Assembly (NCBI GenBank): GCA_041697335.1
Contig: JBGUGD010000030.1
Location: forward strand, 32,001 to 96,000
Length of the DNA: 64,000 bases
Direction: 5' to 3'
Origin: Vampirovibrionaceae bacterium NZW_1234
GTDB taxonomy: Bacteria; Cyanobacteriota; Vampirovibrionia; Vampirovibrionales; JAGQHJ01
Part shown: positions 40,400-50,545 of the stretch, piece by piece
Layout: each line of letters starts with the position of its first letter
Numbering within the stretch: position 1 is the stretch's first letter
The notes under the pieces: generated by a model
The model's input: the letters and a program-made list of their open reading frames with translations, nothing else
Database searches by the model: none
What the model was told of the DNA's origin: nothing
Translations under genes and position numbers: made by a program

Positions 40400-40856
40400 C
40401 TGTCTGCTGTAGGCGGGTCGATCTGGTGATTTGTAACAAAATTTTGCACCTTGTGTGTTTCCCTATAATGGCTGGGCATGTTGGATCCGCCTTTGGGTTT
40501 TATTGGCATATTCCATGCTTTTGAGGTATCCATAGTATACGGACGGTCTTCATGGCAGACCATCTGTTTCCCACTCGACCCCAAATGGACTGTTTGCACC
40601 GATGCACACTGTCTTTTCCTTATTAAAGCCTCGATGATTGATTCGTGATGAATCAGAATTCAAACCTTTACGTTTACGTTAAGGTAAGATATGATAAAAG
40701 TGGTCACGCATCGTCATACCCTATGTCAGTCAAATTTGGATTCAAACTCGAATTGTTGTATAACTGCAGTCAGCATGGGCCTGTATTATAGCTAGCCCAA
40801 AAGCCCGGACTCAAAAGACATCAATCGATGGAATCCCCACCAAGAGGAACGCCGCT

Positions 40857-42299
40857 GTGAGTACGTTTGAAACGATTGCGAATCAGGAGTACAAATACGG
40901 ATTTCAGACCCAGATTGAATCGGAAGTGATTCCCAAAGGGCTCACCGAAGAGACCATTCGTCTGATTTCGGCGAAAAAGAAAGAGCCTGCTTTTCTCTTG
41001 GAATTTCGCTTGAACGCGTTTCGGCAATGGCAAAAAATGCAGGAACCCCACTGGGTGGAAGCCAACTACCCGCCCATCGATTATCAAGACATCATTTATT
41101 ATGCTGCTCCCAAGCCGAAGAACAAGCCCAAAAGCTTAGATGAGGTGGACCCGGAGCTACTGCGCACCTTTGATAAATTAGGAATTTCTCTCACCGAGCA
41201 AAAGCGGCTGACCGGTGTGCCCATTGCCGTGGATGCTGTCTTTGATAGTGTATCGGTGGCGACCACTTTTAAAAAAGATTTGCTCAAACACGGCATTATC
41301 TTTTGTTCGTTTTCTGAAGCCGTGCAGGAATACCCGGAGTTGGTGGAAAAATACCTCGGCAGCGTCGTGCCGGTGACTGATAATTTTTATGCTGCCTTAA
41401 ATTCGGCGGTGTTTACCGACGGCTCTTTCTGCTACATTCCGCCCAACACGGTGTGTCCCATGGATCTGTCCACCTACTTTCGGATCAATACGGAAGGTTC
41501 GGGGCAGTTTGAACGCACGTTGATTGTGTGTGATGCCAACTCCAAGGTTAGCTATCTGGAAGGCTGCACGGCACCCATGTTTGATACCAACCAGCTGCAT
41601 GCGGCTGTCGTGGAACTGGTTGCCTTGGATAACGCCGAAATTAAATACTCCACGGTTCAGAACTGGTATGCTGGCGACCCCAAAACCGGTAAGGGCGGGA
41701 TTTATAACTTCGTCACCAAGCGCGGAAAATGTCTGGGTGAAAATTCCCATATTTCCTGGACCCAGGTTGAAACCGGCTCGGCCATTACCTGGAAGTACCC
41801 CAGCTGTATTCTGGTGGGAGACAACTCGAAAGGTGAATTCTACTCGGTGGCCCTGACCAACAATCTGCAGCAGGCCGATACCGGGACCAAGATGGTGCAT
41901 ATCGGGAAAAATACTACCAGTACCATTATTTCTAAAGGGATCTCTGCCGGTAAATCCCAAAATTCCTACCGTGGGCTTGTGCAAATACAAAAATCCGCAA
42001 CCGGGGCCAAGAATTTCACCCAATGTGACTCGATGCTGATTGGTTCGGAATGCTCTGCCAATACGTTTCCGGTCATCGATGTGCGGAACAGCTCAGCCCA
42101 TGTGGGACATGAAGCCACGACGGCCAAAATCACCGAGGATCAGCTTTTTTACTTCCACCAGCGTGGTATTAGCTCTGAAGATGCGATGTCGGCCATCATT
42201 AACGGCTTCTGCAAAGATGTCTTCAAAGAGCTGCCCGGCGAATTTGCTGTGGAAGCCACCCGATTGCTCGGGTTGAAACTGGAAAACAGTGTGGGGTAA
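40857..42299 (+). CDS. sufB: Fe-S cluster assembly protein SufB
   Basis: [38 protein letters not shown]. Confidence 0.98.
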   Translation: MSTFETIANQEYKYGFQTQIESEVIPKGLTEETIRLISAKKKEPAFLLEFRLNAFRQWQKMQEPHWVEANYPPIDYQDIIYYAAPKPKNKPKSLDEVDPELLRTFDKLGISLTEQKRLTGVPIAVDAVFDSVSVATTFKKDLLKHGIIFCSFSEAVQEYPELVEKYLGSVVPVTDNFYAALNSAVFTDGSFCYIPPNTVCPMDLSTYFRINTEGSGQFERTLIVCDANSKVSYLEGCTAPMFDTNQLHAAVVELVALDNAEIKYSTVQNWYAGDPKTGKGGIYNFVTKRGKCLGENSHISWTQVETGSAITWKYPSCILVGDNSKGEFYSVALTNNLQQADTGTKMVHIGKNTTSTIISKGISAGKSQNSYRGLVQIQKSATGAKNFTQCDSMLIGSECSANTFPVIDVRNSSAHVGHEATTAKITEDQLFYFHQRGISSEDAMSAIINGFCKDVFKELPGEFAVEATRLLGLKLENSVG

Positions 42300-42344
42300 C
42301 GACCGCGTTTATCAGCAGACCACCAACCAAGGAGACTGGAACCT

Positions 42345-43103
42345 GTGTTAGAAATTCGAGACGTATACGCCCGTGTCGACGAGAAAGAAATCCTCAAGGG
42401 GATTTCCTTAACCATTAATCCGGGTGAGATTCATGCCATTATGGGCCCCAATGGTTCAGGCAAAAGTACCTTAGCCAAAGTTATTGCTGGGCACCCGGCT
42501 TTCAGTGTGACCAGTGGAGATATTGTGTTTGAAGGTCAAAGCATTTTGGAAGATGATCCCGAAGACAGAGCCCGTAAAGGCTTGTTTTTGGCTTTCCAGT
42601 ACCCGATTGAAGTGCCTGGGGTCAATAATGCGAACTTCTTGCGGATGGCCTATAATGCCAAACGCGCCTATGAAGGCAAGGACGAGCTGGATCCGCTGGA
42701 ATTCCAAGACCTCCTAGATGAAAAGCTGAAGCTTGTGGAAATGGATCCGAGCTTTACCGACCGGGCCGTGAATGCCGGGTTTTCGGGCGGCGAAAAAAAG
42801 AAGAATGAAATATTACAGATGGCCGTTCTTGAGCCTAAAGTCAGCATTTTGGATGAAATTGACTCTGGCCTTGACATTGATGCATTGCGTGAGGTTGCCA
42901 ATGGCGTTAATAAGCTGATGTCTCCTGAAAAAGCCGTGGTCATGGTGACACACTACCAGCGTTTGTTGAATTACATCCAGCCGGATTATGTGCATGTTCT
43001 CTCGGAAGGCCGAATTATCAAGTCCGGTGGTAAAGAGTTGGCCTTGCAGCTGGAAGAACGCGGCTATGATTGGGTGATTGCGCAGCAAGCTGCCGAGGTA
43101 TAA
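42345..43103 (+). CDS. sufC: Fe-S cluster assembly ATPase SufC
   Basis: [36 protein letters not shown]. Confidence 0.98.
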   Translation: MLEIRDVYARVDEKEILKGISLTINPGEIHAIMGPNGSGKSTLAKVIAGHPAFSVTSGDIVFEGQSILEDDPEDRARKGLFLAFQYPIEVPGVNNANFLRMAYNAKRAYEGKDELDPLEFQDLLDEKLKLVEMDPSFTDRAVNAGFSGGEKKKNEILQMAVLEPKVSILDEIDSGLDIDALREVANGVNKLMSPEKAVVMVTHYQRLLNYIQPDYVHVLSEGRIIKSGGKELALQLEERGYDWVIAQQAAEV

Positions 43104-43116
43104 GGGGATGTTGACC

Positions 43117-44469
43117 ATGGTTCGAACCCAAGAAGCCAAGACGCCGTTTGAACAAGCTGTTCAGGAACAATGGCGTACACAGAGTTCCGTATTACAGCCT
43201 GCATGGGTGGCATCGCGTCGTATTGGTGGCTGGACTCGCCTTGAGGCTTTGGGCTTGCCGAGTCGAGCCCTTGAGGCTTGGCGCTATGTAAACCTTGAGC
43301 CTGTATCTCGCCATGGGTTCGTGCCCTTGCCGGAGCCTGCGTCACTTGACGTACTCGACCCAGTGATTTCGGCATTAACTTTACCCGAGGCAGCGGCGAA
43401 ACTTGTTTTTGTGAATGGGATCTTTCAGCCAACATTGTCGGATACTACACGTTTACCTGAAGGTGTTTTGGCAGGCTCCCTTTTTGATGTGGCTGCGCAG
43501 CTGCCACAGCCCATTGAGTCCTACTTTGCGGCAGACATCGAGGCTGAAGCAGATGCCTTTGTTGCGTTAAATACAGCGCTCTTCTCAGAAGGCTACGCCG
43601 TGTATGTTCCTCAGGGCGTGAAATTGGATACGCCACTTGAGGTACTCTTCTTAACCGATGCCCAGGGGACGTCCCCTCAAGGGGCTCATGTACGGGGAGT
43701 GGTCATTGCCGAGCCCCACAGCCAGGTAACAATAATGGCTCGTTTTGCTTCGGCAGGTGCTGCATCGGCGACACCGACCCTGACTACGGCCGTGACGGAG
43801 CTGGTGGCTCAGCCGGGGGCCCTCTTAAACTATGTCCATGTCCAGACGGAAGCCGATACGGCAGCCCATATGGCGGCAACCAAGACCTGGGTTCATGGGG
43901 ATGCTCGTCTTCATGTCTCTACGTTGGCATTTGGCAGCCGTTTTTCTCGACATTATGTACATTCGGCAATGGTTTCAGAAGAAGCCTGCTGTGAACTCAA
44001 TGGTTTGGCCATCCTTCAGGGTGAGACCCATGTGTTTGATCATACGGTCATCGATCACCAAAAACCCCACGGCGGCAGTCAACAGTTGTACAAGGGCATC
44101 TTGGCGCAACGTAGCCGGGCCGATTTTGATGGCACCATTGTTATTGCGCCTCATGCCCAGAAGTCCGATGCCAGCCAATTGCATCAAACCCTGCTTCTTT
44201 CCGATGAGGCCCGGGTATTGACTCGACCGCAACTTCGGATTGATGCCGACGATGTGAAGTGTGCCCATGGGGCTTCGGTTGGACAATTATCGGAAGATCA
44301 GCTGTTTTATCTGACCAGCCGGGGGCTGCCTTTTTCGCAGGCCCAGGCCGTCTTAACCGCAGGTTTTGCCGATGAGATTGTCGAGGCCATTCCGTGTGAG
44401 GCCCTGAAAGCGCCGTTAATCGATCTGGTTCATTCCCGTCTTGAGGCGTTGTTGACGGCAAACGCCTAA
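43117..44469 (+). CDS. sufD: Fe-S cluster assembly protein SufD
   Basis: EAWRY, LVFVNG, PQL.IDADDVKCAHGA, LFYL.SRG. Start approximate. Confidence 0.95.
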   Translation: MVRTQEAKTPFEQAVQEQWRTQSSVLQPAWVASRRIGGWTRLEALGLPSRALEAWRYVNLEPVSRHGFVPLPEPASLDVLDPVISALTLPEAAAKLVFVNGIFQPTLSDTTRLPEGVLAGSLFDVAAQLPQPIESYFAADIEAEADAFVALNTALFSEGYAVYVPQGVKLDTPLEVLFLTDAQGTSPQGAHVRGVVIAEPHSQVTIMARFASAGAASATPTLTTAVTELVAQPGALLNYVHVQTEADTAAHMAATKTWVHGDARLHVSTLAFGSRFSRHYVHSAMVSEEACCELNGLAILQGETHVFDHTVIDHQKPHGGSQQLYKGILAQRSRADFDGTIVIAPHAQKSDASQLHQTLLLSDEARVLTRPQLRIDADDVKCAHGASVGQLSEDQLFYLTSRGLPFSQAQAVLTAGFADEIVEAIPCEALKAPLIDLVHSRLEALLTANA

Positions 44470-44490
44470 GCTCCGCAGACATCCCCACCC

Positions 44491-45768
44491 TTGACTATGG
44501 TGATTACAATGACGAACATTCTAAACTTGATGGAAAAAGAGACTGTGCCTTCATTTGATGTTGATCGCATTCGGGCAGATTTCCCGGTGCTGAGCCAGCA
44601 CGCCAATGGCTATCCCTTGGCCTATCTGGACAATGCGGCCACCACCCAAAAACCTCGGGCTGTTATTGACCGTATGACGGCATTTTACAGTCAAGAATAC
44701 GCCACTGTGCGCCGTGGGGTTTATAACTTGAGTGCGAAGGCTACCCAAGCCTATGAGGCTGTTCGCCATCAGGTGGCCTCTTTCATTAATGCGCCCTCGG
44801 CGTCGGACATTATCTTTGTCCGGGGAACGACGGAAGCCATCAACTTGGTGGCTCATGCCTATGGGCGGGCTTTTTTGAAGACCGGTGATGAAATTATCAT
44901 TTCGCACCTTGAGCATCATGCCAATATTGTTCCATGGCAACAGGTCTGTGAGGCCACCGGGGCTGTTTTGAAGGTGATCCCCATTAATGATCAGGGTGAT
45001 TTGATTTTGGAGGCCTATGAGGCACTGCTCTCAGAGCGGACGAAACTGGTGTCAGTAAATTACATTTCCAACTCCCTCGGCACGGTAAACCCGGTTAAGA
45101 CCATTATTGACAAGGCTCATGCCGTAGGCGCCGTGGTGATGATTGATGGCGCCCAGAGTGCGCCGCATATGAAAGTTGATGTCCAGGCTCTGGATTGCGA
45201 TTTTTACGCTTTCTCCGGTCATAAGATCTATGGCCCCAGTGGCATTGGCGTGTTGTATGGTAAGCGCGACCTGTTGGACAAAATGCCGCCCTATCAGACC
45301 GGGGGCGATATGATCGAGTGGGTGACCTTTGAGAAAACGACCTTTGCCAAGGCCCCGCAAAAGTTTGAGGCTGGAACCCCGGCCATTGTGGAAGTCATGG
45401 GGCTGGGTGCTGCCATAACATACTTGGAAGGCATTGGCTTTGAGACGATTCAGGCAGTTGAGTCGGAGCTGTTAGACTATGCCACGGTGCAGTTGGCTCA
45501 TGTGGATGGGCTTAAAATTATTGGCACCGCTAAAGAGAAGGCCAGTGTCATTTCCTTTGTCTTGGACGACATCCATCCGCACGATGTGGGAACGCTTCTG
45601 GATCAGCGAGGCATTGCGGTTCGGGCTGGCCATCACTGCACCCAGCCTGTTATGGCTCGGTTTAACGTTCCGGCCACGACACGGGCCTCTGTTTCGTTTT
45701 ATAATACTCGCGCTGAAATCGATCGCCTGATTGACGGCCTGAATTATGTGATCAAGGTGTTTCGCTAA
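44491..45768 (+). CDS. sufS: Cysteine desulfurase SufS
   Basis: YLDNAATTQKP, EHHAN, FSGHK, EAGTP, RAGHHC. True start probably a few codons downstream. Confidence 0.97.
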   Translation: MTMVITMTNILNLMEKETVPSFDVDRIRADFPVLSQHANGYPLAYLDNAATTQKPRAVIDRMTAFYSQEYATVRRGVYNLSAKATQAYEAVRHQVASFINAPSASDIIFVRGTTEAINLVAHAYGRAFLKTGDEIIISHLEHHANIVPWQQVCEATGAVLKVIPINDQGDLILEAYEALLSERTKLVSVNYISNSLGTVNPVKTIIDKAHAVGAVVMIDGAQSAPHMKVDVQALDCDFYAFSGHKIYGPSGIGVLYGKRDLLDKMPPYQTGGDMIEWVTFEKTTFAKAPQKFEAGTPAIVEVMGLGAAITYLEGIGFETIQAVESELLDYATVQLAHVDGLKIIGTAKEKASVISFVLDDIHPHDVGTLLDQRGIAVRAGHHCTQPVMARFNVPATTRASVSFYNTRAEIDRLIDGLNYVIKVFR

Positions 45769-45770
45769 CG

Positions 45771-46226
45771 ATGTCTGAGTATAACGAACTCTATCAACAG
45801 GTTATTTTGGAGCACAACAAAAAGCCCCGTAATTTTGCGGTCCTCGAGTCGGCGAATCACTATGCACTGGGGAAAAACCCTCTGTGTGGCGATCAGTTTG
45901 CCGTTTATGTGGATGTGGATGATCAGGGTGTGATTCAGGATATCAGCTTTCAGGGGACAGGGTGTGCCATTTCCAAGGCCAGTGCTTCCCTGATGACGGT
46001 AAACATTAAAGGTAAAACCCAGGACGAAGCCCGGCAGATGAAAGACGAGTTTCAACAAATGCTCACCGGGGCTCTGGATCCCAAAACCCATGAGCATCAT
46101 CTGGGGCGTTTAAGCATTTTCCAGGGGGTCCAAGAGTATCCGGTCCGGGTCAAATGTGCCACCTTGGCATGGCACACGCTGGATGCCGCCTTGAGTGGTG
46201 ACGCTCAGGAAGTGACCACGGAATAA
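45771..46226 (+). CDS. sufU: SufU (NifU-like) sulfur transfer protein
   Basis: LYQQVILEH, NPLCGD, GCAIS, RVKCATL.WH. Confidence 0.93.
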   Translation: MSEYNELYQQVILEHNKKPRNFAVLESANHYALGKNPLCGDQFAVYVDVDDQGVIQDISFQGTGCAISKASASLMTVNIKGKTQDEARQMKDEFQQMLTGALDPKTHEHHLGRLSIFQGVQEYPVRVKCATLAWHTLDAALSGDAQEVTTE

Positions 46227-46253
46227 CCTCGGTTTTTCAGCTGAATCTTATAC

Positions 46254-47423
46254 TTAGGGGCTGTGGATGATTTCCAACACCCATTGAGTCACCTGTTCCA
46301 GTTCATCCACATAAATAAACTCACCCAAACTGTGGGAAAAGTGGAAACCCATGCCCAAGACCACGCTGGGAATGTTTTTGTGATTTAAAATATGGGCGTC
46401 AGACCCAATATTCATGGGTAAAATGCTTGGTTCAATCCCCAACTTTCGGCAGGCAGAGGCGGCTCTCAGGACAGCAGGATGGTCCTTGGGCACCACGAAG
46501 CCATCGTACTTGTGGATGGGGTTAAAGCGGATGGCCCCACGTGGAAATTGTTCCTGAATTTCCTGGCAAACCTCGTGAACCTGCTTCATCAGCCGATCCA
46601 GGGCCTCATTGTCATGGCTTCGGGCTTCGCCGCGAATTACGGTGCTGGGAGCCACGATGTTCATGGCGTCGCCCCCTTGGATGACCCCAAGGTTCATGGT
46701 GGTTTCCGGGCTCAAACGTCCTGAAGGAAGACTGCCACAAAGGTGGACCGCCATCTCAATGGCGCTGACTCCGGCCTCTGGCGCAATACCCGCATGCGAG
46801 CGGAGACCTTCGAGTTCAAAAATCAAGCTCTTTTGCGTGGGGCCGGCATGAAAAATGTCGCCGATGTTTCCTTCCCCATCCAGCACAAATCCCATGGCAG
46901 CTTGACTGGCGGTGATGTCAAAAGCTTTTAAACCGAGTAAGCCCACTTCTTCCTGGGTGGAAAACAAAAACTCCACAGGATGGCGGTCGTCTTGGGGAGT
47001 TTCATGGAGCTTTTTGGCGACCGCCAGCATCACGGCAATTCCCGATTTGTCGTCGGCCCCCAAAATGGTTTTTCCGGCCGAGCGAATGATGGGGCGTCCA
47101 TCGGTAGAATCTTCAATGGCTTCTATGCCTTCACACGGAGGAACGCTATCCATATGGGCGCTCAATAAAAAGGTATCTTTGGCGCTGTCACCCGCAATGC
47201 GAACCAGGAGGTTGCCGGCATCATCAATGATTTGGTCTGAGAAGCCCAGTGCGTTCAGGTGATCGGCAATGTACTGGCGCACCTGATCTTCCTTGCCCGA
47301 TGGATTGGCAATGGGGACCAATTCCTTAAACCATGTCGTTGTTGCCGTCATGCGTCCTGAACTCCTCGCATACATGCCTTTGGGGGTGATGTCCATCCTA
47401 TCGTTTTTTCGGCGCCGGATCAA
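46254..47423 (-). CDS. M20 family metallopeptidase (peptidase T-like)
   Basis: SAHMDSV, LGADDK, EEVGL.G, HAG..PE, GSDA, HS..E. True start likely downstream of 47423. Confidence 0.9.
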   Translation of the reverse strand: MIRRRKNDRMDITPKGMYARSSGRMTATTTWFKELVPIANPSGKEDQVRQYIADHLNALGFSDQIIDDAGNLLVRIAGDSAKDTFLLSAHMDSVPPCEGIEAIEDSTDGRPIIRSAGKTILGADDKSGIAVMLAVAKKLHETPQDDRHPVEFLFSTQEEVGLLGLKAFDITASQAAMGFVLDGEGNIGDIFHAGPTQKSLIFELEGLRSHAGIAPEAGVSAIEMAVHLCGSLPSGRLSPETTMNLGVIQGGDAMNIVAPSTVIRGEARSHDNEALDRLMKQVHEVCQEIQEQFPRGAIRFNPIHKYDGFVVPKDHPAVLRAASACRKLGIEPSILPMNIGSDAHILNHKNIPSVVLGMGFHFSHSLGEFIYVDELEQVTQWVLEIIHSP

Positions 47424-47444
47424 ACCCCTTGTCAGCGGTTGGGG

Positions 47445-49967
47445 TTAAATGCTTTGGGGCAGTTTTTTCAGTTCGCCTTCGTAGATGTAATTTTTGAGTT
47501 CCGCATGGACTTGCTGAGGATCGACTTTATGGCGGCATTCCCCGGTTTCAATAGCCGCTTTGGCCACGGCAGAGGCAACAGCCGGGGGCACTCTGAAATC
47601 AAAGGCTCCTGGAATAATCTGGCCTTCTTCGATTTCCTTGGGAGTAATGAGACTGGCAATGGCAAAGGCTGCCGAAAGCTTCATGTCATCATTGATGTTG
47701 CGTGCCCGAACATCCAGAGCACCTCGGAAAATGCCCGGAAAAGCCAGAGAGTTATTGACCTGGTTGGGGAAGTCACTGCGACCGGTTGCCACGATCTTGG
47801 CACCTGCAGCAAAGGCTTCGTTGGGCATAATTTCCGGGACCGGGTTGGCCAGGGCGAAAATTACCGGATCCGGGGCCATGGATTTGACCATATCCTGATT
47901 GACAGTGCCGGGCACAGAAAGCCCGATAAAGATGTCAGCCCCCTTCATCACGTCTTCCAGATTGCCCTTGTTTTTCGAGAGGTTGGTGATTGCGGCAATT
48001 TGGTCTTTGTAGGGATTCATGCCACCTTTTCTGCCTTGGTAAATGGCCCCTTTAGAATCACAAATCGTAATGTCCTTGGCACCGGCTTTCATCAGGAGCT
48101 GAGAGACACTTAAAGCAGCAGCACCTGCCCCGTTAATGACGATACGAACCTCATCCATGCCTTTATCCACCGCCTTAATGGCGTTGACGATGCCTGCCAA
48201 AACCACGACAGCTGTTCCATGCTGGTCATCATGGAAGACGGGGATATCGACAGCTTGGTTTAGCTTCTGCTCGATTTCAAAGCAACGGGGGGCGGAGATG
48301 TCTTCCAGGTTGATGCCACCAAACACAGGGGCAATCTTGACAATGGTGTCTACGATTTCATCAACTTCCTGGGTGCGCAAGCAGATGGGGAAGGCCTCAA
48401 CCCCACCGAAGGTTTTAAAGAGTACGGCTTTACCTTCCATCACGGGCATGGCGCCACTGGGCCCCAGATTCCCGAGGCCTAAAACGGCACTGCCGTCTGT
48501 AACCACGGCCACAAGGTTGTTTTTAGCTGTCAGCTCATAGGCTTCGTCCGGGTTGTCTCGAATGAGTTCACAGGGCTGGCTGGCACCGGGCGAGGAATAG
48601 ATCAGGTTGTACAAATGGTGATCCCGAATGGGGAGCTTGGTTTTGACTTCGATAACACCATGATAGCGCTGGTGCAGGTCAAGAGACTCTTCTTCCAAGG
48701 ATGAAAATTCCCGAGTTTGCGGGGACTCGACCCAGGCATTGGTGCCTTCATAGACGTAGTCCATGACTTTGGCTTCAATGCTTTCGGGATCGACTTTGAC
48801 CTGGGCCACGTTAGTGTCAATAGCGGCTTGGGCCACCGCTTTGGCCAGCTTGGCAGAGACCCTGAAGTCCAAGGCTCGGGGAATGATAAATTCGGGCGAG
48901 AGTTCCTGCGGGCTCACCAAATCGGCCATGGCTTTGGCCGCACTGTAGAACATGTGGTGGTTAATGTCGGTGGCCCGAACATCCAAGGCTCCACGGAAAA
49001 TACCGGGGTAAATCAACGAGGAGTTCAGTTGGTTTGGAAAATCGCTTCGTCCGGTTGCAACAATTCGTGCACCGGCTTCTTTAGCGGCCTCGTAGGTGAT
49101 TTCAGGGGTTGGAATGGCCAGGGCAAAGACGATGGGATCTTTGGCCATGCTTTTAACCATGTCCGGGGTCAGGATATTGCCTGAAGAAAAGCCGATAAAG
49201 ACATCGGCCCCTTTAATCAGGTCGGCCAGGCTGCCTTTCTGGTCTTCCGGATTGGTCAGGCGTGCCAATTCGGATTTGACCCAATTCAGGCCTTCGAGGC
49301 GGCGATAATACAAGGCACCATCGCGATCGCAGACTTTAACATTGGCGACACCAACCTGCTTCAAAAATTTTGCGGTCGCCACGCCGCCGGCACCCGCACC
49401 GGCAATGACGATGGACAGGTCTTCAAGTTTCTTGTCTACCACTTTCAAGGCGTTGAGCAGGGCTGCAAAGACAGCCACGGCTGCCCCTTGTTGGTCGGAG
49501 TGAAAGATGGGGAGTGAAATGGCACGTTTTAAGCGCTCTTCTAGGGTAAAACACTTGGGCGATGACACGTCTTCGATATGAAAGCCCCCGAACGTTGGTG
49601 ACAGATAGCGGATGATCTCGACCATCTCGTCCACATCCGGGGTGTTAATGGCAATGGGGAAGGCATCAATCCCGGCAAAGGTCTTGTGAAACACACACTT
49701 GGCTTCAAGCATGGGGATAGCGGCATAGGGGCCTGCATTGCCAAGGCCGTAAACGCTCGACCCATCCGAAATAACGGCAACGGTGTTGCCCCGGATGGTG
49801 TAATCAAAGGATTTAAGATGGTCTCGTTCGATTTCGATACAGGGTCTGGCCACACCCGGAGTGTAGACCACGCTCAAGGTGGCTCGATCCCGAATAGGCA
49901 CCTTGGGCTGAATACCAATTAACCCCCGATACCGCCGCCGATAGGCTAAACCATCTTCAAAAACCAT
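47445..49967 (-). CDS. Tandemly duplicated (two-module) malic enzyme
   Basis: Two roughly 420-aa malic enzyme modules, each with DG...GLGN, GAGA and ATGRSDFPNQ; AGAGG RBS before ATG 49967. Confidence 0.93.
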   Translation of the reverse strand: MVFEDGLAYRRRYRGLIGIQPKVPIRDRATLSVVYTPGVARPCIEIERDHLKSFDYTIRGNTVAVISDGSSVYGLGNAGPYAAIPMLEAKCVFHKTFAGIDAFPIAINTPDVDEMVEIIRYLSPTFGGFHIEDVSSPKCFTLEERLKRAISLPIFHSDQQGAAVAVFAALLNALKVVDKKLEDLSIVIAGAGAGGVATAKFLKQVGVANVKVCDRDGALYYRRLEGLNWVKSELARLTNPEDQKGSLADLIKGADVFIGFSSGNILTPDMVKSMAKDPIVFALAIPTPEITYEAAKEAGARIVATGRSDFPNQLNSSLIYPGIFRGALDVRATDINHHMFYSAAKAMADLVSPQELSPEFIIPRALDFRVSAKLAKAVAQAAIDTNVAQVKVDPESIEAKVMDYVYEGTNAWVESPQTREFSSLEEESLDLHQRYHGVIEVKTKLPIRDHHLYNLIYSSPGASQPCELIRDNPDEAYELTAKNNLVAVVTDGSAVLGLGNLGPSGAMPVMEGKAVLFKTFGGVEAFPICLRTQEVDEIVDTIVKIAPVFGGINLEDISAPRCFEIEQKLNQAVDIPVFHDDQHGTAVVVLAGIVNAIKAVDKGMDEVRIVINGAGAAALSVSQLLMKAGAKDITICDSKGAIYQGRKGGMNPYKDQIAAITNLSKNKGNLEDVMKGADIFIGLSVPGTVNQDMVKSMAPDPVIFALANPVPEIMPNEAFAAGAKIVATGRSDFPNQVNNSLAFPGIFRGALDVRARNINDDMKLSAAFAIASLITPKEIEEGQIIPGAFDFRVPPAVASAVAKAAIETGECRHKVDPQQVHAELKNYIYEGELKKLPQSI

Positions 49968-50126
49968 AACCAAACCTCTTCCAAACAATATGGTTCGTGT
50001 GCGTCGCTTCTTGTAGTATACAGCGAACCGGTGGCCCCTACCAAATCCGAACTTGTCGTGGGTTATGGCTTGGTTTCAGGCCATATGAGACATGAAGTCA
50101 ATGGATTCGAGGGTAACTTGAATGTT

Positions 50127-50161
50127 TTTCACCGTGCGGACAATTTGTCCGTACGGTGAAA
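50127..50161. repeat. 17-bp-arm palindrome (one G.T pair) with a 1-nt centre
   Basis: TTTCACCGTGCGGACAA-T-TTGTCCGTACGGTGAAA. Confidence 0.9.
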
Positions 50162-50545
50162 TCTTCCTGAAGTAGAGGAGTTTTAGTCTCGATTACGGCG
50201 GTTTTGAATGGGTAATACGAGGTCTTTAGCATTTTTTAGCCTTATCTTAGGGGGTATATTTAGTCATATTCCCATTATTCCTGGTATTTAAACTTAAGGT
50301 GTTCTAAAATCTTCTGTCTCGAGAGCTTTTGTGGGGACCGTTGAAAAATTACCATACTAGGGAGTCTTGTAGACGCCAGATCTCACTAGCACAAGGTGGA
50401 TTTCAGCGGGTTTTATGGGGATGAATCGATGCTTACGACTAGAAATGCTGCATGAATTTAAACAACTTAGGCAATTTTTCTTATCGTGATTTGTTGATTC
50501 TTCTTGAGATACAATCATTGGACATTGCATTTTGGGGAACGTGCT

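Noticed and set aside
40270..40599. 109-aa minus-strand ORF in the usp-sufB gap
   Set aside because: Overlaps usp in antisense, has no convincing RBS and no recognisable motif.
7403..48540. Long antisense ORFs in the track (e.g. 7403-8017, 13984-14646, 21604-22284, 41397-42023, 47439-48113)
   Set aside because: They lie opposite well-supported genes and show no recognisable motifs; treated as shadow ORFs.
47445..49967. MaeB-type malic enzyme-phosphotransacetylase fusion as the explanation for the length
   Set aside because: The second half is clearly another malic enzyme module, not a PTA domain.
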